Part shown: one piece after another, positions 17,971 to 28,637 of the stretch
How positions within the stretch are numbered: the stretch's first letter is position 1
Layout: each line of letters begins with the position of its first letter
NCBI GenBank assembly: GCA_964291285.2
Contig: OZ219786.1
Location: forward strand, 160,001 to 224,000
Direction: 5' to 3'
Length of the DNA: 64,000 nucleotides
DNA from: Alphaproteobacteria bacterium
GTDB lineage: Bacteria; Pseudomonadota; Alphaproteobacteria; Bin95
Translations under genes and position numbers: made by a program
The notes under the pieces: model-generated
What the model saw: only the letters and a program-made list of their open reading frames with translations
Told to the model about the DNA's origin: nothing
Database searches by the model: none

Positions 17971-19002
17971 CTAGAAACTGTATCTCAACGAGAGGGCGGC
18001 CCTGGTTTCTTCGATGTCCAGCAGCGTGACTCCATCCAGCGGCGCGCGAGCCCTGGCATGGTTGAGGCCCAGATTTGCCGACAGACCCCGCGCGATATCG
18101 TATTGGCCGCCGAGCGCCACGGATGCCTCGTCCTTGCCCTCGACACGGCCGATATGGCCTTCGAGGGAAAAGGAGAATGCTCCCGTTTTCGTGCGAATGC
18201 CGGCGGAAACATACCGCCGGTCGATATCCAGCCCCTTCGACGAAAGGCGTTCATAGCCGGCGCCTGCATCGATGGTCGTGCTGCCGTAGATGACCTCGCC
18301 GACGAGGCTGAGCCCCCTTGTGTCGAACCGCCGCCCGCCGCGCGAAGCAAAGGCGCCCTCTGCCGCCCTGAGCGCCATACGCCAGTCCCTGGTGCCGGCC
18401 GGGCGCTGGAAGACCGCGCCCAGGTCGGGATTGCCGTCTTCATCGACGACGGCACCGACGATCCAGGGACCGAAGCGTCCGGTATAGCCGCCGCTCCTGT
18501 CCTCCGGCATGCCGAGGAAGTCGTCGAACGCCAGCGCGGCATTGCCGACACCGCGCAGGCGCCGTGTCAATTCGCGCACGATGCCCGAGACATTCCCGCC
18601 CGACACCGTGCCCCAATAGCTGCCGACAGACAGCGCCGCATTGTCCGTATAGCCGTCGCCGGTCCCGAACGGGGTCGTCGGGTCGGAGGCATGCTGGCCG
18701 AAATAGGAGAGATCGACCCGCCAGCGGTTTCCCAGCTGTGTCAGCGCGTTTGCCTGGAAATTCCCGACCAGGCCGGTATCGGTGTCATTGCTTCCCTCCG
18801 TATCGACACTCCAGCGCGTATCGACGAGACCGGTCAGGATGAAGGTAACGTCGGCGACCTCAACGGCGAGCGGCTCCTCCATGGACGACAGGCTTTCGTA
18901 GTTCAGGGAAAGCGGCTCGGCCGAAGCGGAGCCGCCCCCGGCCATACCGGCAAGCACGATCGCGGCGGAAAGCAGGGTCTGCCGAACCCGGTTCGCTGCC
19001 AT
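17971..19002 (-). CDS. Putative porin / outer-membrane beta-barrel
   Basis: Signal peptide ending ASA, alternating amphipathic strands, C-terminal LRYSF. Confidence 0.7.
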   Translation of the reverse strand: MAANRVRQTLLSAAIVLAGMAGGGSASAEPLSLNYESLSSMEEPLAVEVADVTFILTGLVDTRWSVDTEGSNDTDTGLVGNFQANALTQLGNRWRVDLSYFGQHASDPTTPFGTGDGYTDNAALSVGSYWGTVSGGNVSGIVRELTRRLRGVGNAALAFDDFLGMPEDRSGGYTGRFGPWIVGAVVDEDGNPDLGAVFQRPAGTRDWRMALRAAEGAFASRGGRRFDTRGLSLVGEVIYGSTTIDAGAGYERLSSKGLDIDRRYVSAGIRTKTGAFSFSLEGHIGRVEGKDEASVALGGQYDIARGLSANLGLNHARARAPLDGVTLLDIEETRAALSLRYSF

Positions 19003-19385
19003 AGCTTCAGGCCTTCGCCGGAAAGGTGGAATTGAAGGCGTGCCTGGCGAGCGCGCGCCCGGATTTCAGCCCCTGCTCATTGTCTATCGCCCAGTGGACG
19101 CCGCCATAGAGGCGGCTCAACCCGTTTTCGTCCGCCATATGGCTCAGGCTGGTCCAGCTTCGGGTTACGCCCTGCAATTGCGGCCACAGCACCTCATCCG
19201 GCGAGCGCCCCGAAAAGGCCACATCGTCCCGGCCGAGGAGCAAGGCAATCATTTCCGCTGCGGCGGCGCCGAAAGTGGAATGACCGGATGTGTAGGCGGG
19301 AAATTCCGGCGTCGGGATGTAGCTCTGCCAGCCGGATTCGAGCACCACGCGCCGATCCGGATTCCGGAATGCGGGGGCCCGGACG

Positions 19386-20837
19386 GGTCGTGTCCCCAGG
19401 GGTGGTGTAGGAGCTGAAGCTTCCGGTGGTAGCTGTGGGTAAGTGGCCCGCCGCCGCGACCGTCTGGAGTCAGGCGGCGGCGGGCCACTTACCCACAGCG
19501 GAGGCCATCGCGGTGCCGGTTAGGGTTGGGCTGTCACAGTCCACCTGACCGGAGGAGTACCACGATGACCACCACCGACATGATGACCCTGCGGGCGCTG
19601 TTGGAGAAGAGTTCCGACGCCGACCTGCTTCGCGAGATGATCGGGTTCACGGCCGCGCGTCTGATGGCGCTTGAGGTTGAGGGCCTTGCGGGCGCCGCGC
19701 ACGGCGAGCGCTCGCCGGACCGGATCACGCAGCGCAACGGCTACCGGGACCGGGTCTGGGAGACGCGGGCCGGCACGGTCGAACTGAAGATCCCGAAGCT
19801 GCGCAAGGGGAGCTACTTCCCGGGCTTCCTTGAACCGCGGCGGATGGCGGAGAAGGCGCTGACGGCGGTGATCCAGGAGGCCTACATCAAGGGCGTATCG
19901 ACCCGCTCGGTGGACGACCTGGTGCAGGCGATGGGCATGTCGGGCATCTCCAAGAGCCAGGTGTCGCGGCTGTGCGGCGAGATCGACGACAAGATCCGCG
20001 ACTTCCTCGACCGGCCGCTGGAGGGCGACTGGCCGTATCTCTGGCTTGACGCGACCTATGTGAAGATGCGCGAGGCCGGGCGCGTCGTCTCGGTCGCGGT
20101 CACCATCGCGGTGGCGGTCAACGATCAGGGCCGGCGCGAGGTGCTCGGCATGGCGATCGGCGCGTCCGAGGCCGAGACCTTCTGGACCGACTTCCTGCGC
20201 TCGCTCGCCCGCCGCGGCCTGCGCGGCGTCAAGCTGGTGATCTCCGACGACCACAAGGGCCTGAAGGCCGCCGCCACCCGCATCTTCGGCGCCACCTGGC
20301 AGAGATGCCGCGTCCACTTCATGCGCAACCTGCTCGCCCATGCCGGCAAGCAGGGCCGGCGCGTCGTCTCCGCCTTCGTCACTACCGCCTTCGCCCAGGA
20401 GGATGCAGACAGCGCCTCCGCCCAGTGGCGCCAGGTCGCCGACCAGCTCAGGCCCAAGGCGCCAAAGCTCGCCGCCATCATGGACGAGGCCGAGCACGAT
20501 GTTCTCGCCTACATGACCTTCCCGGCCGCGCACCGCGCCAAGCTGCACTCGACAAACCCGCTCGAACGCCTCCACGGCGAGATCAAGCGGCGCACAAACA
20601 CCGTCGGCATCTTCCCCAACGAGGACGCCATCACCCGGCTGATCGGCGCAATCCTGCTCGAGCAGAACGATGAATGGGCAGTCCAGAGAGCCAGATACAT
20701 GACGCTGGAATCCATCGCTCCCGTGAGCGACAATACAACCGTCAAGTTGCCCGCCGTGGCAGCCTGAGCGTTCCGGCCCTACCCGCCGGACACCGCTACG
20801 GACGCCAGGCTCTTACACCACCCGCGGGGGCACGATC
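19386..20837 (+). mobile_element. IS256-family insertion sequence (1452 bp)
   Basis: Imperfect 27-bp IRs (GGTCGTGTCCCCAGGGGTGGTGTAGGA / GATCGTGCCCCCGCGGGTGGTGTAAGA); 8-bp TSD CCCGGACG at 19378-19385 and 20838-20845. Confidence 0.95.
19565..20767 (+). CDS. IS256-family transposase
   Basis: [49 protein letters not shown]; RBS GGAGGAG. Confidence 0.95.
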   Translation: MTTTDMMTLRALLEKSSDADLLREMIGFTAARLMALEVEGLAGAAHGERSPDRITQRNGYRDRVWETRAGTVELKIPKLRKGSYFPGFLEPRRMAEKALTAVIQEAYIKGVSTRSVDDLVQAMGMSGISKSQVSRLCGEIDDKIRDFLDRPLEGDWPYLWLDATYVKMREAGRVVSVAVTIAVAVNDQGRREVLGMAIGASEAETFWTDFLRSLARRGLRGVKLVISDDHKGLKAAATRIFGATWQRCRVHFMRNLLAHAGKQGRRVVSAFVTTAFAQEDADSASAQWRQVADQLRPKAPKLAAIMDEAEHDVLAYMTFPAAHRAKLHSTNPLERLHGEIKRRTNTVGIFPNEDAITRLIGAILLEQNDEWAVQRARYMTLESIAPVSDNTTVKLPAVAA

Positions 20838-22495
20838 CCCGGACGCGAATCGCGCTTTCGGGGCGAACGACGTCGTAATGGTATTTATTGTCCCAGGCGC
20901 AGATCGACGCATCGCATTGGGTCATGCCGATCAACGCGAAGGCGCGGGCCAGCTCGATGAAGGAGAGGCCCCGGTCCTGCAGAAGCTGCATGGCAATGTA
21001 GATCATGTGCCCCGGTGGGGTGATGCCCCAGGGGCCGTCTTCCCAGAAAAGCGCGATCTCCGATTCGTCGGCGGTCCTGATACTGCTGTCCATGCCTCCG
21101 AGGCGGCGGATGGTGTCGAACTCTTCGGCAAACTCCGGGCTTGCGGCGTCGTAGAATCCGGCCACCCGGAATTGCGCCCCGCTTGTCATCGTCCATGGCT
21201 TGATCTTGCCGTGGCCGGGATAGAGGCAACGGTCGAAGGAAGCGAATGCGGGCCCGGGCGACGCGCCATAGAACGGGCCTGTCGGGCTCCATCGCAATGA
21301 ATCCGCTCGACGAAGGTAACGTCCGAGATAGTAGTTGACCTCGCTCGGCTCCGAGCCGTCATCCGTGCGCATGTCGAGCACCCGGCGGCCCGCGGCACGG
21401 CCCCACTCAACGCCGAGCGACTTCGCCTCGCCGTCGGGAAACCGGCTCAGAAAACCGATGCGCTCGAACAGGAACGGCTGCTGAAACGCCTCGGCCGCCG
21501 CTGTGGCGAAGGCGACGCCGTAGGCCACCTCCGGATTGGCCCCGCGCGGACCCTGTCCGATGCCGAAGGGCTTGTCGTAAGCCTGGACGATGCCGTTGGC
21601 AGCCAGGAAGCCGGCGGCAGTGGCCAGCCCGTAATTGTACGCAGCGCGAGGGGTCAGAACCCTCTGGTCCCGGATCTGCTGCAAGGCGGTGTCCACCCAC
21701 AGGAAAACCGTGTTCCGGTTCTGCGGCTTCAGGATCTGGCTCGTATAGGACGAGCGATGCCCCTGCGAGGCTACATGCGGGCCGGCGCAGCCCGCCATGG
21801 ACAAGGTGGAGGCCGCAGCGGCGGCGGCAGTGAGAAACTGCCGTCTGGTGTGGCTCATGACAGTCCTTTCGGTTCTGAACTGGACAGACGGGAACGGATG
21901 CGCAGCCGGATGCTGCGCCCTGCCGGAAAAAGGGGCTGAAGAAGCGGCGCCGGGCCGCCGGCTTATGCGACCGCGGGCACCGAAAGAACGAGCGTCATGC
22001 CGAAGAGGAGTGCGGCTCCGGCTTCGTTCCGACGCCGCACGGCACTCCGAATTCGATCAGAGCGCTCGGGATAAAGTTAATGTTAAGGTGGATGATGAAA
22101 ACCTTGTGAACAAAAATTGGTCATTTCTGCAAAAATAATAAAGGAGAATGACGAAATTTTATTCACGAAGCCACGGTCACCGGAACCAGTGCAATAACGC
22201 AACAGTTCGTCTGGCCTGTCTGCTTTTTCCCTCATTATGATTTTGCCCAACTGGTATCGTTCTATCGCACCGACAATGTCAGTGCATTGCTTGATATTAT
22301 GTATCATAAAAGAAAGCAATATTATCTATATAGCAATTCATGGCGACATTTTGGCGCTCTATTGTTTACGCGAGTTTTCCCGGGCATGCGCATTGGCGCA
22401 ACCGGGGCTGGACATACAGGCCGCAGCCCTGCGGTCCGCCCTGCGCAGCTTATCTGCAAACCGGAAATCGCGGCCCCGTCGGACCGGATGCAGGG

Positions 22496-22876
22496 TTACT
22501 CGACGGCGATGAGCGCGGCAGCGACGCGGCGGTCTTCCGCCATCAGCACATTGAAGGTGCGGCATGCCGCGCCGGTGTCCATGGCGTCGGCGACCATGCC
22601 CTCGGCCCGGATCGCGTCGCGCAGCGCCCGGGGCAGGAGTTCCGCCCGGCCGCCGCAGCCGATCAGCAGGATTTCCGGGATGTCCTCCCCTTCGGTCAGC
22701 GGCATCAGGCTTTCCAGCGTGAGGTCCCGGAACTCCGCCACGGGCCAGGGCAGGACCGCGTCGGGGCGGAGCAGCACGGAACCCGTCCAGACGGCGCCGG
22801 AAATCCGGAAGCGCCCGCCCCCGTAGCCTTCGACGACCTGCCGGCCTTGCGGGACGACAGGGCTGATGTCGGTCAT
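22496..22876 (-). CDS. Mth938-like (DUF498) protein
   Basis: YGGGRFRISG, PEILLIGCG, MDTGAACRTFNVL..EDRRVAAAL. Confidence 0.9.
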   Translation of the reverse strand: MTDISPVVPQGRQVVEGYGGGRFRISGAVWTGSVLLRPDAVLPWPVAEFRDLTLESLMPLTEGEDIPEILLIGCGGRAELLPRALRDAIRAEGMVADAMDTGAACRTFNVLMAEDRRVAAALIAVE

Positions 22877-23823
22877 CGGTCGCCGAGCGTGCGGGCGACT
22901 TCGGCGTCGTCGGGCAGGTCGTCCGTCGCGCTCGGGCGCACGCCCATCCACAACAGCGTGGCCGATGCGATCCAGACTGAGGAATAGGTGCCGATGATGA
23001 CGCCCCAGATCATCGCGAAGGCGAAATCGCGGATGACCTCGCCGCCGAGGAAGAACAGGGAAAGCAGCGCCAGCAGCGTGGTCACGGAGGTCATGACCGT
23101 GCGCGACAGGGTTTCGTTGACCGAGCGGTTCAGGAGGTCGGTCATCGGCAGGGTCTTGTAGCGGCGCAGGTTCTCGCGCACCCGGTCGAACACGACCACC
23201 GTGTCGTTGATCGAGTAGCCGGCAATGGTCAGCACCGCGGCCACTGTCGAGAGGTTGAACTCCAACTGGAGGATGGAGAAGATGCCCACCGTCGTGACGA
23301 CATCGTGGGCGAGCGCCAGCACCGCGCCCACGCCGAACTGCCATTCGAACCGGAACCAGATGTAGGCCATGATCGCAAGCAGCGCGAGCGCCACTGAAAT
23401 CGCGCCCGCCTCGATCAGCTCGCCGCCGACCTTGGGCCCGACGACCTCGACCCGCCGGTATTCCTCGACGCTGTCGCCGAGTGCCTCCTTCACGGCGGCG
23501 ACCGTGGCCTGCTGGGCCGCGTCGCCGCCCGGCTGCTGCTGTATGCGGATCAGCACGTCGGTCGGCTGTCCGAATTCCTGGAGGCCGACCTCGCCCCTGT
23601 CCAGTGCGGAGAGCGTCTGACGCATGGCCGAGATATCGGCCGGCCCCTTGGTGCGCACCTCGATCAGGGTGCCGCCGACGAAGTCGATGCCGAAATTCAG
23701 GCTCTGCACTGCGAGCGACGCCACCGCAGCCAGGATCAGCAGGATGGAGATGACATAGGCGCGCTTGCGCAGCGCGATGAACTGGAAACTGGTGTCGGGG
23801 GGAATCAGCCGTAACGGTCGCAT
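22873..23823 (-). CDS. secF: Protein translocase subunit SecF
   Basis: LNFGIDFVGGT, EVVGPKVG, GYSINDTVVVFDRVREN, GTYSS. Confidence 0.97.
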   Translation of the reverse strand: MRPLRLIPPDTSFQFIALRKRAYVISILLILAAVASLAVQSLNFGIDFVGGTLIEVRTKGPADISAMRQTLSALDRGEVGLQEFGQPTDVLIRIQQQPGGDAAQQATVAAVKEALGDSVEEYRRVEVVGPKVGGELIEAGAISVALALLAIMAYIWFRFEWQFGVGAVLALAHDVVTTVGIFSILQLEFNLSTVAAVLTIAGYSINDTVVVFDRVRENLRRYKTLPMTDLLNRSVNETLSRTVMTSVTTLLALLSLFFLGGEVIRDFAFAMIWGVIIGTYSSVWIASATLLWMGVRPSATDDLPDDAEVARTLGDR

Positions 23824-23839
23824 CGTTCCTGCCCGCCCC

Positions 23840-25402
23840 TCAGATCGGCAACATTTGCGGGCGCCGGCGGCGGACCCAGAGGACGACCATCAGCCGCGTG
23901 ACCCAGATCGCCGTGAACATGGAGGTCATGATGCCGATGGCGAGCGTGACGGCGAACCCCTTGACCGGCCCGGAGCCGAACCAGAACAGCAGCGCTGCGG
24001 CGATCAGGGTGGTCAGGTTCGCATCGATGATGGTCTTGAGTGCGCGGTCGTAGCCGGCGTCTATCGCCCCGATCACGCCGCGCCCGACCCGCGCCTCCTC
24101 GCGGATGCGCTCGAAGATCAGCACATTGGCGTCCACCGCCATGCCGATGGTCAGCACGATGCCGGCAATGCCGGGAAGCGTGAGCGTCGCCTGAAGCAGC
24201 GACAGCGCGCCGAAAATGAGCGCCATGTTGAACACGAGCGCAACATTCGCCATGAGGCCGAAGAGGCCGTAGATCACCACCATGAACACCAGCACGGCGA
24301 CCATGCCGATGATGCTCGCCGCCTTGCCGGCGTCGATGGAGTCCTGCCCGAGACCGGGTCCGACCGTGCGCTCCTCCAGATAGACCAGCGGCGCGGGCAA
24401 CGCGCCGGCGCGCAGCAGCAGCGCGAGGTTCTGCGCCTCGGTGAGCGAGAAAGACCCCGAAATGATGCCGGAGCCGCCCAGGATCGGCTCGTTGATCCGG
24501 GGCGCGCTGATGACCTCGTTGTCGAGCACGATGGCCAGCGGCCGCCCGACATGCTCGCCCGTGGTGCGGCCGAACTGGCGCGCGCCCACCGAATCGAAGC
24601 GGAAGCTCACCACGGGCTGACCGTCCTGGAAGGTCTGCTGCGCGTCGACCAGGCGCTCGCCCGAAACCCGCACCCGCTTTTCGACGAGATAGTCGATGAC
24701 CTGCCCGAGCGGGTCCGTGCCTTTGTGCCAGCGCGCGCCCGGCGGCGCGGCGGCGGCCGGGTCCGCATTGCGCTGGTCCAGTAGGTGGAAGGTTAGCTTC
24801 GCCGTCTGGGTGAGCAGGTCCTTGATCGTGTCCGGGTCGTCCACGCCCGGAAGCTGCACGATGATGCGGTCCAGGCCATGGCGCTGGATCGTCGGCTCGC
24901 GAAGGCCGAGCTCGTTCAGCCGGATACGCAGGATTTCCAGCGTCTGTTCGACCGCCGCGCTCTCGACATCGACGACTACTTCCGGGGGATATTCCAGCCG
25001 GGCCGCCCCGGAATCGTCGATCTCGACCGTCACGAGGCTGTCGCGCTCGGCCACGAGCTGCCGGGCGCGTCCGATATCGCCGGCGTCGCGCAATGCGAAC
25101 ACCACGGCCCTGTCGCGCACGCCGAGCCCGCGATAGCCGATGCGCGCATCACGCAGGCTGCGGCGCACATTGTCTTCCACCGCCTCCAGGCGTTCCTTCA
25201 GCACGGCGCCCGTCTGCACCTCGATCAGCAGGTGCGCGCCACCCTGGAGGTCAAGGCCGAGATTGACGGTCTTGTGCGGAATCCAGCTCGGCAGGTTCGT
25301 GCCGAGATTGTCCGACCGCCAGAAATTAGGCGATGCGTAAACCAGGCCGAGCGCGCAAATCGCCAGGATGACGACGATCTTCCACCTGGCGAAGTAGAGC
25401 AT
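23840..25402 (-). CDS. secD: Protein translocase subunit SecD
   Basis: LGLDLQGG, IVQLPG, LRAGALPAP, GMAVDANVLIFERIREE. Confidence 0.97.
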   Translation of the reverse strand: MLYFARWKIVVILAICALGLVYASPNFWRSDNLGTNLPSWIPHKTVNLGLDLQGGAHLLIEVQTGAVLKERLEAVEDNVRRSLRDARIGYRGLGVRDRAVVFALRDAGDIGRARQLVAERDSLVTVEIDDSGAARLEYPPEVVVDVESAAVEQTLEILRIRLNELGLREPTIQRHGLDRIIVQLPGVDDPDTIKDLLTQTAKLTFHLLDQRNADPAAAAPPGARWHKGTDPLGQVIDYLVEKRVRVSGERLVDAQQTFQDGQPVVSFRFDSVGARQFGRTTGEHVGRPLAIVLDNEVISAPRINEPILGGSGIISGSFSLTEAQNLALLLRAGALPAPLVYLEERTVGPGLGQDSIDAGKAASIIGMVAVLVFMVVIYGLFGLMANVALVFNMALIFGALSLLQATLTLPGIAGIVLTIGMAVDANVLIFERIREEARVGRGVIGAIDAGYDRALKTIIDANLTTLIAAALLFWFGSGPVKGFAVTLAIGIMTSMFTAIWVTRLMVVLWVRRRRPQMLPI

Positions 25403-25408
25403 TGCCGG

Positions 25409-25795
25409 TTAGTTGCCCCTGCGGCCGAACAGTCCGCCGAGAAGGCTGCCGCCCCCGGCCGGACCGGCCGGCGCGGCAGCCTGGGCCTGACCGGGCTTGC
25501 TCAGCACATCGGTGATCTGCGAGCGGACCATGCGCACCCGCACGCCTTCCGCTATCTCCACCAGCACTTCATGCTCGTTGCTGACGCGGGCGACCACGCC
25601 CATGATCCCGCCGGCGGTCACAACCCTGTCACCGCGCCGGAGTGCGGCCACGAGTTCGCGATGCGCCCTGGCCTTCTTCTGCTGCGGGCGGATCAGCAGG
25701 AAGTAGAACACGACGAAGATGAGGATGATCGGCAACAGGCCGGTCAGCATGTCGCCGCCGCCGCCCGACTGCGCGTAGGCCGGTGAGATCAGCAT
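25409..25795 (-). CDS. yajC: Preprotein translocase subunit YajC
   Basis: FYFLLIRPQQK, GDRVVTAGG; upstream of secD. Confidence 0.95.
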   Translation of the reverse strand: MLISPAYAQSGGGGDMLTGLLPIILIFVVFYFLLIRPQQKKARAHRELVAALRRGDRVVTAGGIMGVVARVSNEHEVLVEIAEGVRVRMVRSQITDVLSKPGQAQAAAPAGPAGGGSLLGGLFGRRGN

Positions 25796-25862
25796 GGAAG
25801 GTCCCTCCGAAAGGACGCGCGACTATAGCCGCAGAAGCCGCCTGCGCAAGGGTTGACCCGGA

Positions 25863-26669
25863 TCAGGCCGAGGGCTCGGCGCCGAGGTCGAGCACGATGC
25901 CTTCGAGCTCGGCGCTCGGGGCGGGATAACGCGCCGTCACCAGCTTGTCGTGGCCGGGAACCAGCCGCTCGAGCGAGCCCGCAAGCGCCAGGCAGCGCCG
26001 ATAGCCTTCCACCATCTTCGCGAGGTCGTAGAAGATCGCAAACGGCCGCTCGTCCGTGACTTCCTCGAACAGATGGACGGCATCGGAGGCGAGCAGGATC
26101 CAGCCCCGCCTGCTGTGGACGCGGAGCACCGTCTGGCCGCGCGCGTGGCCGCCGATCAGGTGCGATTCGAGGCCAGGCGCGATTTCGACCACCGGATCGG
26201 TGTCGAAGCGCAGCCGGTCTTCATAGACGAGCTGCACCAGCGCCTGGGTGTCGCGCAAATGGTTGGCGTGGCGGAAGGCCGGATGCGTCATGTCCGGCCC
26301 GGTGATCGAAGTCATCTCCTCGGCATGCATGCGGAAGGAAGCCGCCGGGTAATCGGCGAGATTGCCGACATGGTCGAAATGCGCGTGGGTCAACAAAACG
26401 TCGGACGCCGTCTTCGCATCGACGCCGAGCCGGGCCAGCACGGCCGCCGGGTCGTGCCGGAACATGCGGCCGCCCTCGCCGGAAATGTCGGCTTTGAAGC
26501 CGGTATCGACGATCCAGGTCCGCCCGGCCCCGGTGATGACATAGGTGAAGAAGTCGAGGCCCGGGATCATCTTCGCCGGGTCGCCGCCCATGAAGGTCGA
26601 GCCTTCGGGGCGCTCTTTCTGTTCGCCATAGCGGATTGCGAAGACATCGTAGGACGGCAGGCCGGTCAT
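25863..26669 (-). CDS. N-acyl homoserine lactonase-family MBL hydrolase
   Basis: IVDTGF, THAHFDHVGN, GH, ASDAVH, VPGHD. Confidence 0.8.
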   Translation of the reverse strand: MTGLPSYDVFAIRYGEQKERPEGSTFMGGDPAKMIPGLDFFTYVITGAGRTWIVDTGFKADISGEGGRMFRHDPAAVLARLGVDAKTASDVLLTHAHFDHVGNLADYPAASFRMHAEEMTSITGPDMTHPAFRHANHLRDTQALVQLVYEDRLRFDTDPVVEIAPGLESHLIGGHARGQTVLRVHSRRGWILLASDAVHLFEEVTDERPFAIFYDLAKMVEGYRRCLALAGSLERLVPGHDKLVTARYPAPSAELEGIVLDLGAEPSA

Positions 26670-26707
26670 GCGGGCTTTCTCCGATACTGCTAATGTGCCG
26701 CGCCCCG

Positions 26708-27544
26708 ATGGAGGACGGCTCCCTGGCGCCCAGTCTAGCACCGACCGTCAGTATTCTGGTCCCATGTTTCGAGGCCGCCGAAACGATCGGCAAGGCGGTC
26801 GAAAGCGCGCTCGCCCAGACGTTCGACGACCTCGAGGTGGTGCTCGCCTCCGACGACGGCGAGGACTATGCGGCCATGCTGGACTGCGCGGACCCGCGCC
26901 TCCGGCAGGTCTCCACGGGACGGACCGGCAGCGGCGACGGGCCCGCCCGCAATGCCGCGCTTGCTGCGGCGAGGGGACGGTTCGTCGCCAATCTGGACGC
27001 CGACGACGCCATGCGCCCGGAGCGCATGGCCTTCATGCTGCCCTTCGCCGAGCGCCACGGCGCCGCAGTGGACAACACGGCGCTTTGGATCGAGGGGCGC
27101 CTCGCCAAGACGGCGTTCCCGCCGACCCCGGCCGATTTCCGGCTGACGGCTGAAGCCGTCCTCGCCCCGCGCCTGCCGATGAACGCGCTCGTCCGTCGCG
27201 AGGTCGCCGGCGGGGGCTGGCGCGCCTTCGACTTCTGCAGCGATGTTGTATTCAACCTCGAAGTGCTGAGCCGCTGCCCGGAATTCCGCGGCCTCGCGCG
27301 GACCGGCTACGACTACATCAAGCGCGACGGCTCGATCACCCAGTCGCCGGACACGGCCGATCGGGCAGCGCGCGGCTATGCCGCAATCGTCGCCGCCATA
27401 GATGCGGGCGGTCTCGACCTCACTCCCGAAATCGCTGCAGCGGCCCGCGCGGAATTCGCCGCCAACGCCGGCGCCAACGAGACGTTCCGGGCGGCCCGGG
27501 ACGCCGGCGAAGTCGAGAATCTGGAAGCCTGGCTGGCGTCATGA
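26708..27544 (+). CDS. Glycosyltransferase family 2
   Basis: VSILVP...AVESALAQT, GPARNAAL, NLDADD. Start position uncertain. Confidence 0.85.
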   Translation: MEDGSLAPSLAPTVSILVPCFEAAETIGKAVESALAQTFDDLEVVLASDDGEDYAAMLDCADPRLRQVSTGRTGSGDGPARNAALAAARGRFVANLDADDAMRPERMAFMLPFAERHGAAVDNTALWIEGRLAKTAFPPTPADFRLTAEAVLAPRLPMNALVRREVAGGGWRAFDFCSDVVFNLEVLSRCPEFRGLARTGYDYIKRDGSITQSPDTADRAARGYAAIVAAIDAGGLDLTPEIAAAARAEFAANAGANETFRAARDAGEVENLEAWLAS

Positions 27545-28275
27545 CGGTGGTGCTGGTGACGGGCGCGGCGCGGCGGATCGGCCGTCATCTGGCGCTCGGC
27601 TTCGGGCAGGCGGGCTGTTGCGTTGGCATCCACTACAACGGCTCGCGGCGGGACGCGGAGACGCTTGCGGCGCGAATCGAGCGGACGGCCCTGCTTCCCG
27701 CCGACCTTTCCGAATGGAATGCCGCGGAGGCCCTGATCGCCGGTTGCGAGGCTGCGCTCGGGCCGGTGGACGTGCTCATCAACTGTGCATCCACCTTCGA
27801 GTATGACGACATGGAAACGCTGGAGGCCGGGACCTGGGGGCGCAATATCGCCGTCAATCTGGCGGCCCCGGTCAATCTCATCCGAGCCATTGCCGCACGC
27901 GGACGACCGGCCGTGGCCGTCAATTTCCTCGATTTCAAAGTCTGGCGGCCAAGTGCGTCCTTCCTGTCCTACACGCTTGCCAAGACAGCACTCCAGAATG
28001 CAACGACGATGCTGGCGCAGGCGCTGGCGCCGAACGTGCGCGTCAACGCGGTGGCGCCCGGCGTGGTGCTGCCGAGCGGCGGGCAGAGCGCCGACGAATA
28101 TCGGGCCGTCGTCCGCTCCACCCTGCTTGAGCGCGAGATTGCGCTGGACGACCTGTTCCGGGCCGTGCGCTACCTGGTCGAGACCGAAAGCGTGACCGGG
28201 GAAACGCTTTATGTTGACGCCGGATTCCGCTTTCAGGACTATGAGGACGTCGAGACGGCGATGATCGAGGAATGA
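27541..28275 (+). CDS. SDR of pteridine reductase / FolM type
   Basis: TGAARRIG, IHYNGS, YTLAK, VRVNAVAPG; adjacent to folB. Confidence 0.82.
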   Translation: MTVVLVTGAARRIGRHLALGFGQAGCCVGIHYNGSRRDAETLAARIERTALLPADLSEWNAAEALIAGCEAALGPVDVLINCASTFEYDDMETLEAGTWGRNIAVNLAAPVNLIRAIAARGRPAVAVNFLDFKVWRPSASFLSYTLAKTALQNATTMLAQALAPNVRVNAVAPGVVLPSGGQSADEYRAVVRSTLLEREIALDDLFRAVRYLVETESVTGETLYVDAGFRFQDYEDVETAMIEE

Positions 28276-28637
28276 CGCGGACCTGGCAGCGTGTAGCCCT
28301 CGAAGGCATTGCGGTCGAGGCAAGGGTGGGCATTGCAGACTGGGAACGCCACCCCGACAGGCGCCAGCGCCTGCTCGTCGACGTCGAGATGACGCGGCCC
28401 GAATGGGAAACGGCCCGGAGTATCGAGGACTGCATCGATTACGACCGTGTCTATCGGCATGTGACCTCCGAGTGGCCCGACCGCCCGCACACCGACCTGC
28501 TGGAGACGCTGGTGGACGAGCTTCTGGAGCTTTGTCTGCAGGATCCGAGGGTCGCCTGGTGCCGCGTCCGGGTGCGCAAGCCGGACGTCTATAACGGACG
28601 CGCCGTGCCGCTTGTCGAGGCTGCGCGCGAGCGATGA
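28272..28637 (+). CDS. folB: Dihydroneopterin aldolase
   Basis: VGI..WE....QRLLVDV, IDY, LLETL, VRKPD. Confidence 0.85.
   Translation: MTRTWQRVALEGIAVEARVGIADWERHPDRRQRLLVDVEMTRPEWETARSIEDCIDYDRVYRHVTSEWPDRPHTDLLETLVDELLELCLQDPRVAWCRVRVRKPDVYNGRAVPLVEAARER

Larger units (their letters stand above)
19007..21858 (-). pseudogene. Vanadium-dependent haloperoxidase / PAP2-family Tat lipoprotein, interrupted by IS256
   Basis: TRRQFL Tat motif and MAGC lipobox. Removing the IS and one TSD copy gives an in-frame 463-aa protein with KYHYDVVRPESAI, PAYTSGHS and SRLYGGVHW. Confidence 0.85.
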
